NCBI RefSeq assembly: GCF_009914755.1
Contig: NC_060947.1
Strand: one strand, 5' to 3'
Length of the DNA: 64,000 nt
Source: the human T2T-CHM13v2.0 reference genome, Homo sapiens
The notes under the pieces were generated by a model, which was not told the origin of the DNA, ran no database searches, and was given only the letters and a program-made list of their open reading frames with translations. Shown piece by piece: positions 32,025 through 42,610 of the stretch. The translations under genes were made by a program, and so were the position numbers. Each line of letters starts with the position of its first letter. Position 1 is the first letter of the stretch.

Positions 32025-32468
32025 ATATATATATGTATAATATATAATATTATGTGTATAGTATATAATATTATATATTATATAATATATTATATACATA
32101 TACATATTATATGTATATATATACACATATATACATGTAAATATATACATATATACATGTATATATATACATATTATATATAAATATATAATATGTATAA
32201 TATATAATATATAATATATTTTTTAAAATTTTTTTAACAGAGAAGACCGTTTCTAAAAAAATTAAAAAATTATACATTATATATTATATATTATAAATAT
32301 TAATAATATATATTATATATTATAATATATTATATAATAAATATATATTACATTATATATTTTATATAATTTTATATTATATATTTATATATTATATATT
32401 ATTTATATTATATTATATGTTTTATATATATTATATATATTCTCTCTATATATATTCTCTATATATAG
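32025..32468. repeat. AT-rich (TA)n-type low-complexity quasi-palindrome
   Basis: About 440 bp of nearly pure A/T with a short non-AT core at 32237-32253. Confidence 0.95.
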
Positions 32469-32489
32469 AGAGGGAGGGAGGGAGGGAGA

Positions 32490-32721
32490 TATTTACATTT
32501 TTATGGGTACATAGTAAGCATATGTATTTATGGGGTATGTAAGATGGGGTACATAAGATATTTTGATATAGGCATGCAATGTGAAATAAGCACATCATGG
32601 AGAATGGCATGGTACTGGCATAAAAACAGACACATAGACCAATGGAACAGAATAGAGAACCCAGAAACAAATCCACACACCTACAGGGAACTCATTTTCA
32701 ACAAAGGTGCCAAGAACATAC
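32490..32721. mobile_element. Short L1MA insertion with a 5' inversion
   Basis: Antisense L1MA 3' UTR (32490-32607) fused to sense ORF2 ([20 protein letters not shown], 32606-32721). Confidence 0.85.
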
Positions 32722-33133
32722 GCTGTGACCTTTTAAACTTCATTGAAGAATTTCCCCAAAAAGAGAAACTGTAATTTTATTATTCTGTTTCCCCCAGTAC
32801 ATTGTTCTCCCTCTGATGCTTAGCACAGTATCTTTCACAGAGCAGGCACTCAATAAATGTGGAATTGCCTTTAATGGCTTTATATGTTTCACCATTGAAC
32901 CTGCCATTATTGGAATGTGAGGCCATAGATAATGAGAGTAATAGTAATGGTTTAAACACATACAGCACTTTATAATTCAAAGCTCTGAATCCCTGACTTT
33001 CATGTAAGTGGAACAGGTTGCCTGGATCCATTAATTATGTGGACCAGATGTACATGTGGAGGTCTCCTGACCTGGAAATGGTGGCTATTCCAGTGATAAC
33101 GACAAAGTAGGGTAACAACATACTATACTCATC

Positions 33134-33246
33134 TAGGTTGACCATCCATCCTGGTTTGCATGGGACTACCCCGCTTTTAGCATTAAAAGTCCCATGTCCC
33201 AGGAAATTCCTCGTTCCCAGGCAAACCAGGACAGCTGGTCACATTA
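33134..33246. mobile_element. MER96-like hAT-Tip100 MITE
   Basis: TIRs taggttgacca...tggtcacatta; internal cctggtttgc / gcaaaccagg symmetry. Confidence 0.65.
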
Positions 33247-36200
33247 TATCACTTTATGTGCATGATCTCATTAGCCTTCACAATAACCTTATCAGGGAGG
33301 GACTATTATTATTTTTATTTTACTGATGAGAAACTGGAGGCTCAGAGGGGTGAAGTCACCTGTGTAAGGTCATGCAGCTAGAAAGTAGTGGAGTCTCGAC
33401 TTTAGCCCTCTTTGGACTGAATCCAAAGTCAACATTCTTTCCACTCTTCTGCAGCTGCAGAGAGCCAAAAGAGATAGACGACGGCAGTCAGTGGGGACTG
33501 AATTACTGAAGTTATCCTATTGGAAAGGACATTCTTCAACTTGTCCAGAGAATGACAGAGAGATTCAAGACCAGCTGGGAGAAGTGCAAATTGGGATAGC
33601 TCCCTTGGCCCAGAGCCAAAAGCTATGGTTTAGTGCAGTCATTCTGGACAAGGGGTTGATTAAAACCTTCAAATATGAACAAATGTTGCAGAGTTCTCCC
33701 TAGGTAGAGAAGCAAATCCCAATGACCTATTAAATTCATTAGCAAAGAGCTAAATTCCCTGAGGACTTGGAGCAGCTCCTCTGAGTACAGTTTCTAGATA
33801 ACTTACCAAGCAGGGTGGCCAACTCCACCCAGAGTGGAAATTCAGAATCACAGTTACGGTTTGAGATAATTGATGTCAGTTTTTTCCAAATGACCCACAA
33901 AGACTGTTTTCTGATCTTTCAAGTTCATTAAGTCCAGGTTCCTATTATAGACCCAAAGATTCAGGAGGAAATGCAGGGTTGGAAGCTCCAGGATGGAACT
34001 TTCAGGAAGCACCTGGACAGAAATAGCGAAAGATGAACATGATAACAAGTAAACAAAGGGCACAGAAGCAGCAATGCCTTCCCAAACCAGCGAAAGAGCA
34101 TAGAAAATTATATTCAAGAGCTGCCCTGGTGGGATATTCTGAGGTGTGCAATAAGCACATCATTTGAACCTCATTAGTTTCCCAGAAGCACAGCTGGGAA
34201 TATCTCAACTCTCCATTAATGCAATTTAGCGTGTCCTACCTAAGTGCTCTGCCCCCTGGCAGGTAGAGCAAATCTCAGTATTAACATGCGTGTTCATATC
34301 ACTGACATTAAGTTTCATTTCACCCTCAAAAGCCAAAGGACGATCAGTCTTCGATATTCTGTTAGCTAATCCCATAACATATAATCATGCAGAAGGTTTC
34401 AGAAATTCAGGTGTGCTTTCCTGCTTATAAGCCAACACACTTTGTGACACAAATAATAACAAATAATCAACAGATATTTTAACCAGGCAGAAGTCCATCC
34501 AATGGATTATTCAGCCTTGGTTATTATTCTCTGTTACCTGAAGCTGATGGAGTTGGTAATTCTGAATAAACTGAAGAGCACCATTGTCACCCACTTCCTA
34601 AAGGAAAGTACCAGCTTTCAGAAGGACAATGCCCATGTCTGAGCCATCTCTGTATTTTATCATGCCTAGCACAGCAACCTAGTTCAGTAAATTTTTTCCC
34701 CAAAAAATAAATGAATGAAAATAGCATTGTGTCACTGACCAATTGATATTACTCTTGGCCAACAAATAAAACAAATGAACTTTACAGATTGTTTTTGGAC
34801 CTTCTCAAGACTGGAATAGCTAACCTCCTCTGATATCCCATGACGCCATGGGCTTCCCCTATCTCCTTGACACCAAGTCACAGCACAGGTCACTTTGTGT
34901 TTATCCCAGGTGACTATTTCTTTGTCTGTCTTCCCCACTAGACTATGAGCTAGGTCTGCCGTGATCATCACTGCATCCCCAATGCTATGTTTGTGAATGA
35001 CTGGTTGCATGAAATATTAATTCTACTCTATGTTCCAGAAGCACTAGTTTGAGGCTAAGGAATAATCAATTTACCACTCTTTCCCCAGGTGCCCTTGCTC
35101 ATCCAACTGTGTGACCTTGGGTAAACAGCTCAGCTTCCTGGGAGCCAGTGTCAGTTAGAGTAGTGGGCTCGGGGATGGACCTGCAAGGGGGTGCAGGGCA
35201 TTCCCTGATACTAGGGCTCTGAGGAGGGACCTAAGGCTGGAGGCAAGAGTAGATTGCTCCTCCTGAACAAAGTTGAAAGGGGGAGGCTTGGTTTTCTGGT
35301 GATAAGGTATAGAGCCTTTGGCTTCAGATAGATGAAGGCTTAAGGTATATCTCCAGCACTTATGACTAACTTTGGACAATTAACCCCATCCCTCTGAGCT
35401 TTATTTCTTTATCACGGCTCATTTTGGCATCTTACCCTAACCATTGTGTATCCTCAAGGTGAATTCATAATTTTGTGTGCATGCGTATTTGGAATTTTAA
35501 AATAATATTTGAACAATAAAGGCTACCATTTACTGAGCACTCAACATGTGGTGGGCTCTGGGCTAAGTGCCTTAGATACATCATCTCATTATATCAGCAA
35601 AATAACCCTTGGAGGCAAGAATTAGTGTGCTATTTGACAGATAAAGAAATTAATTCTTGGAGTGGTTTAGTAAGTGGTCCAGCCCATGCAGCTGGGTAAG
35701 TTGAAGAACAGGGATGCAAGCCTGGTTTTGTCTGACTCCAAAATCTCATCCTCTTAACTGGTACACTAACTGCTGTAATTAAAAGATATTAAAACGGAAA
35801 CATGTAAAAGCCAAAGTACAAAGTAAATAAATAGAAGAGCTTTTGCTTTCTGTTGAAGGGCCATTAGTTCCAGGCCCATTCTGATGTCAAATGGAAAAAA
35901 TAATAAGGTTGGTCCATCAGTTAGCAGAAACAAACAGACCACTTTTCCAGTATGCTGGTCCTTTCTCCCCATTACTAGCTAAAATGATTACCATCCACTC
36001 AACCACTTTAATGACTCCTGACTCAGAGCTTTCATTTGGCTCTCTTTTTACCCATAAGATATCAAAATATTATGTAGCTAAAAAGTTCTCTCTGAAAGAA
36101 CTTTGCAAACTTTTTTTTTAAAGCAGAAGTCATCAGTTATCAGTCTTCTAAAGCCAGGAATTCTTTCAAAATTCTATAAGATCTTTTGTCAAATGAATTT

Positions 36201-37369
36201 AGCTCTGAATGAAGGAAATACTAAGCGCCCTTCACACTGTCCTTCCCCGGAGAGTTTCAGACCTCATGGACGCTGTGTAACATTGGGAATGACTTTGGTG
36301 ACTAAAACTGGTCCTGTTGCCCTAGTTTCAGGACAAAATTTGCAAACTGCTTAGGTGTCAGGGGAAGCACATTTTAGTCAAACCAAGCACAATTTCCATC
36401 CTGTTAGAGACAAGCCAATTACTGTGCCAGGTTAGAGAAGAAAGGAGACAGGCCACAGGCACAGAGGCTTGCATCGTCTATGCACAGGTCTATGCTTTGG
36501 GGGCTCTGCTGCTCTCTGCTGGCCACAGGCTGTTGCTGTAGTCGCCGAGGAAGTGATTCATTCAAAGTGCTGCTTCTGGGGTTTCTCCTACTATTGTCAC
36601 TACCACTAAATAGTACCTTTTATTGAGTGCCCTTTCGGTGCCAGGTTCTGAGCTAGGTGCCACGTTCTGAGCTAGGTGCCACGGAGTCAGAGATGACAAG
36701 TTTTGGTCCTCATCCTTGGCAAGCTCAGTCTAGTGGGGAAGATAGATTCTCAAACAGAGAATTATAATAAAGTGCAGCAAATGCCGAAAGAGAGTGTGAG
36801 AAAAATCCTTGCTTTCCCTCAATCAGCAGTACTGAGTTCCTACTCTGTGTCAACTGTCTAGTGAGGTTCTGGGAAAATAAGCACAGAACTTTATAGGTGT
36901 AGCTGTCCACTCAGTACATGTCTCATCTCATTTCATCATCACAACAAATCCGTGAGGTTTACAGGGCAGATAGTAATAGCCCTATTATATAGATTAGGAA
37001 GCTGAGACTCAGAGAGGTTGCATGAGTTGCCAAATGTAACACAGCTAGGTGCTAGGTTATAGAGGCTTGGACTCGATGGACTTCAAATTCACTCTCTTTA
37101 CTGCTGCACCACACTGCTTGGTGCTGCTTACTGAGAGGTTGGTAGGGTAATGGTTAAGACTAAGTGCTCCTAGAGTCAGGCTGCCTGGGTCCACTCTGAC
37201 TGTACCACTCTCTTGCATCAGGCAAATTACTTAGCTTCTCTGTGCCTCATTTTCTCCATCTTTTAAATGAGAAGAATAACAGTACTTAACTTACGAGATT
37301 ATTTTGAGGACCAAATAAGTAAATGCTTATGTCAGTCATATAATAAACAATAAATGTCAGCTCTTTTAT

Positions 37370-37500
37370 TATTATTATTATAAAGATGGGGGTCTCACTA
37401 TGCTGCCCAGGCTGGCCTTGAACTACTGGGCTCAAACTACCCTCCCACCTCAGCCTCCCAAAATGCTGGGATTACAGGCATTAGCCACTGCACCCAGCGG
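37370..37500 (-). mobile_element. FLAM/AluJ left monomer
   Basis: agatgggggtctcactatgctgcccaggctgg...gccactgcacccagc. Confidence 0.85.
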
Positions 37501-37989
37501 TCAGCTGTTAATATTACTGTCAACACGTGAGGCAGAACAACTTGGGGCAAGTAGGAAGAAGAGATGTAGATCAAGGAAGGTGCTAAGTGCTGCTAAAGTA
37601 ACATCTGATTAGTTATTCTTGCTTGATTAACAGGAAAAACCCTTCCAGCTCTCTATACAGAGTCCACTCTGATAGCTCATTTTTCCAGTCCTCCAGGGAC
37701 AGCCCCTCTTCTCCTTGTCTCCAAGAGTACCCGCACAAGTAATGGGGCTACAGAAAGTGGAAGAACTAATTCTGCCCTGGATAGGTGACCTCTGCCTTTG
37801 TAGGGTTGGGGGCAGAATAAAACTGTCAGAAGGACCAGGATTTGTAAAAGCGTCTATTGTAGAGGATTTATAATTGAATGAGTCATCTTATCCATATCTT
37901 TAAAACAGGGCCAGTATGGGTTAGTACTAGAAATATGAGCAGAGACTTAATTATATAGTGATATTTAAATTGGATCTTCCTTCTATGTC

Positions 37990-39950
37990 AATACTCTGGG
38001 ATGCCATGGCAATCCCCTTCTCCCACTTGGCTGCTTTTCCTCAATTCGCTCTGACAGCTCCTCTTTTGGCTCCTCCATGAGCTCTTCTACCACCCCTTAA
38101 ATGCTAGTGTTCCCCAGGGATCTTTGCTTGGCCTCCAGTCCTCACACACTACACTCTTTTTCTATGTAATTGCATCATTTCCCACAACATAAATGACCAT
38201 CTATTTCCAAGTTGATAACTCCAAAATCTCTGTCTCCTGCCAAGACATCTGCCCAAGCTCCAACCTCATAATCTACCTGTCTGCTAGATATCAGCACCTA
38301 GAGGCCCCACAGGCAACAGTCCCTGCCAAATGTGTTTCTTCACTTGTGTTCTCTACATTATTTTCTGACATCAGCATTAACCTAGCCAGTCAATGTAGGC
38401 ACTTGGAAGTCATTCTTTTTTATTGAGATATCACATACCATAATATTTGCCTTTTTAAACTGTACAATTCAGTGCTTTTTAGTAAATTTACAAAGTTTCT
38501 CAACCAGTCCCACAATCTTGTTTTAGGACATTTCATCACACCCGAAAAAGTTCTGCTTGTCCATTAACAGTCACTCCCCATCGTCCCCTCTCCCAGTCTC
38601 TGGAAACAATGAATCTGTGTTCTGTCTCCTTGGATTTGCCTATTCTGTGTATTTCACATAAATGCAATTGTACAATTTATGGTATTTTGTGATGGCTTCT
38701 TTCACTTAGCATAATGTTTTCATGGTTCATCTATGTTGTAGCATGTATCAGTCCTTCATTCCTTTATGTGGCTGAAAAATATTCCATTGCATAGATTTAT
38801 CACATTTTCTTTATTTATCAGGCAACTGACATTTGAGCTGTTTCCACTTTTGGGCTACTATGAATAATGCTGCTATGAACATCCACATACAAGTTTTTGT
38901 GTGGACATATGTTTTACTTAGTTTTAGAGTTGCTGAGTATATACCCAAGATTAGAATTGCTGGGTCATTTGGTAACTGTACGTTTAAGCTTTTGAGGAAC
39001 TGCCAAACTATTTTTCAAAGTGAGCACACCATTTTACAACCCTACCAGCAATGTATGATGGTTCAAATTTCTGTAGGAGTCATTCTTGATTCCTCCCTCT
39101 CTCTCAGTCCACACAGATAGTCAATCACCCAAGTCTTGCCAATTTAACAACCTAAACCTCTCTCAGTACTGCAACTGCTGCTCTTGGTCAGTTCTACATC
39201 ATCTTTCACCTGGACTATTGTAATAGCCTTCAAGCTGGTTCTTGCCTCTGGCTACTCATCCACCTGTACCAGCATGAGCTTTCTAAAAACAAGCCCCAAA
39301 GAATGTCAATTCCCTGTTTGAAACCCTTTAATGCAGTGACTCTCAACCCTGCCTGCACAGTAGAATCACCTGGACAGATTTCAGATATCCTGATGCCAGG
39401 GCTGCACCCCAAGCTGATTAAATCAGAATATCCAGGTTTGGCATCCAGACATCAGTATTGCTAAAGCTCCCGAAGAGATTTCAATATGTAGCCAAAAACA
39501 GAAACATTGCTTTAGTGACTCCCTACTGCCCATAAGATGAAGTTCAAGCTCCCTAGCGTGACCCACGGGTCCTTCATCATCTGACTCCTGCCCACCTATT
39601 TATCTGCATCTTGTACCCCTCCCTGCATCACACGTAATACCCCAGCTGTACTGATCTGCATGTGGCCTCCAGCAGAAACATATCTTTCTTCCCTGTCTTC
39701 TCTGCCTGGAATGTCCTTCTCAGCTCTCTTTGCCTCGGGAGCTCCCTCCTACTCATTCCTTAGGATTCAACATCTGTAGAAACTCTTCCTTTATCATGTC
39801 CTTTTTGTCCTGTGTACTCCTTCAGCGCTATTGGAATTGTTTGTCTTCCCCAGAAGACTGGGAACCACCCCATCCCCCACCCACAGTTTAGCACCTGAAA
39901 TTTATCATGCCCTCTAAGTAAGAGCTTTTGGGTAAGTGAATGAATTAATT
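37990..39950 (+). mobile_element. L2 interrupted by L1MB (38418-39077) and MER5A (~39335-39515)
   Basis: L2 motifs ccttaaatgctagtgttccccaggga and tctttcacctggactattgtaatagcct. Confidence 0.7.
38418..39077 (-). mobile_element. L1MB 3' fragment
   Basis: ttttattgagatatcacatacc...tgaggaactgccaaact; TSD agtcattctt at 38408-38417 and 39078-39087. Confidence 0.85.
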
Positions 39951-40669
39951 AATGTCCTTGAAAGAGTTGCAACACAGCATTTTGTTGTGTACCATCTTAA
40001 CAATCAGACCCTGAAGGCATCTGGGCCAGAGTAGACAAGGACCTCAACCATGAAGAAATGGCCCGGTGTACCCAACCCCACCATACCAGCACACAGCTTC
40101 TCTAGCCAGGGGAATCTCAGGTGCCACAGAAATTGGACCTCAACCAGAGAAGTTGGCTCTTGACTAGAAAACACTGAAGATGAAATAAATTCGGACCTAA
40201 CATGAAGTGGATAGCTTAGCAGACCCTTCCTGTAAAATTCGAAAACTCCTGCCCAAGAGAAGAGGGACCACTGCCTGCGCTTGAATAAAGGACTCAAGTA
40301 TAGGCAAATCGAAGCACCTTCCTTCCCTGAGCCCATTCCAATGCTCATCTGATCTCTGGAGCTTTCATGTTGTACACCTCTCCACCCTATCTTAACCTTG
40401 AATCCCAGGTACACTCTGCCTGCTCTGACAACTCTCTACCTACCTACCTGCCTACCTGACTCTCATACCTTAGCTCCACTTTGATCACCTGGTAGCAATG
40501 GATTGTCCAACTACACCAAGTGTCAAGCCTACAGGCTCTCAGGAACCCATCTCTGAGAAAGGCATCAGCTTCCCAGCCAACTGCCTGCCCAATGTCCGGC
40601 CCCAGACTTGGCCCCTTGATGAGGTATTCTCCTTACATATATCTCAATACTAAAATGATTTACCAACAC

Positions 40670-41031
40670 TGCTATAGACTAAATGTTTGTGTCCCTCCAA
40701 ATTCACATGTTAAAACGTAATCTCCAATGTGATGGTATTTAGGATGTGGGGCATTTGGGAGGTGAATAGGTCATGAAGGTGAAGGCCTCATAAATGGAAT
40801 TAGTGCTCTTATAAAAGAGGCCCCAGAGAGCTCATTTGACTCTTCTGTCATGTGAGAACACAGAGAACACCACCATGTATGAACTGGAAAGTGGGCCCTC
40901 ACTAGACACTGAATCTGTTGGCATATTGATCTTGAGCTTCCTAGGCTTCAAAACTGGAAGAAATAAATTTCTGTTGTTTATAAGCCACCCAGTCTATAGA
41001 ATTCTGTTATAGCAGTCCAAATGGACTAAGA
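40670..41031 (+). mobile_element. MLT1A0-like MaLR LTR
   Basis: tgctatagactaaatgtttgtgtccctccaaattcac...agaaataaatttctgttgtttataagccacccag...ggactaaga. Confidence 0.85.
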
Positions 41032-41993
41032 TGAACACTAACACTAATTGCCCATATTGCATGCCAGCTGTAAGAGAAAGCACCATTTGAGGAAACACAA
41101 AACTAAACACACATTAGAGTCCTTTTTACAACTCTGCTTTGTTGCTGTTTAATTCATGGTTCTCAACCTTGACTGCACATTGAAATACTGTGTGTTTCGA
41201 ATGTTTCGAAAATACTGACAGCTATAAGTAGGTAAATCAATCAATCGAATTACCTAATTTTGAAAGTAAATAAATAAAAATACCAATTTGGGGTCTCACA
41301 CCCAAATATTCTGATTTAATTAGTTCAGACGGCAGCCCAGACAGCAAAAGTTTTATAAGCTCTCCAGGTGATTCTAATATGCAGGCAGGATTGAGACCCA
41401 CTTGCCCAAAAGCTACAGTCATGTGCCCCATAACGATGTTTTGCTCAATCACAGGACCACATGTACAGTGGTGGTCCTATAAGATTACAATGGAATTAAA
41501 AATTTCCTATTGCCTAGTGGCATTGTAGTCATAGTAACGTTGCAGCCCTAACACCATAATGCAATGCAATGCATTACTCATGTTTGTGACACTAGTGTTA
41601 ACAAGCTATTGCTCTGCCAGTCATATAAAAGACTAGCAATACAACTATGTATAGAACATATACTTGATAATGACAATAAACAACTATGTTACTGGTTTAG
41701 ATATTTACTATACCATACCTTTTATCATTATTTTCAAGCGGACTCCTTCTACTTATTAAAAAAAACAGTTAAGTGTAAAACAAGCTCAGGCAGGTCCTTC
41801 AGGAAGTATTCCAGAAGAAAAAATTGTTAGCGTAGGAGATGACAGCTTCGTGAATGTTACTGTCCCTAAAGACCTTCCAGAGGGGAACAAGATGTGGAGA
41901 TGGAAGACCATGATACTGATGATCCTGACCCTGTGTAGGCCTAGGCTAATGTGTGTGTTTGGTCTTAGAGTCTAACAAAAAAGTCTCAAAACT

Positions 41994-42094
41994 GCGCTTG
42001 CTTTGGCAGCCCATGTACTAAAACTGGAGTGATACAGAGAATAGTAACATGGCTCCTGTGCAAGAATGACACACAAATTGTGATGCGTTCCATT
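41994..42094 (+). pseudogene. U6 snRNA retropseudogene
   Basis: gcgcttgctttggcagcccatgtactaaaactggagtgatacagaga...caagaatgacacacaaattgtgatgcgttccatt aligns to full-length U6 with CpG decay. It has an A tail and sits inside a Tigger element. Confidence 0.93.
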
Positions 42095-42322
42095 AAAAAA
42101 AACTAAAAATAAGTAAAAATAATAAAAAGTAAAAGTTTTAAAGTAGATAAGCTTAGAGAATAAGGATATACATGATGAAAATATTTTTGTACAGCTGTAC
42201 AATTTGTGTTTAAGTGTTATTACAAAACAGTAAAACAGGTAAAAAAATTTAAGGTTTATAAAGTGAAAAAATTATAGTAAGCTAAGGTTAATTAGTTATT
42301 GAAGAAAGAAAAAAATTATGTA

Positions 42323-42610
42323 TTTTTTGAGATGGAGTCTTGCTCTGTCACCCAAACTGGAGTGCAATGATGAAATCATGGCTCATTGTAGCCTTGAACT
42401 CCTGGTCTCAAGTGGTCCTCCCACCTCAGCCTCTCAAGTTGCTGGGACTACAGGTGTGTGCCTCCACACACAGCTAATTTTTAAATTTTTTGTAGAGATG
42501 ATGTATTGCCATGTTGCCCAAGCTGGTCTGAAACTCCTGAACTTAAGCGATCCATCCACCTCAGCCTCCCAAAGTGTTGGGATTACAGGAGTGAGCCACC
42601 ATGTCCAGCC
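42323..42610 (-). mobile_element. AluJ
   Basis: Antisense Alu with TSD aagaaaaaa on both sides. Confidence 0.9.
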
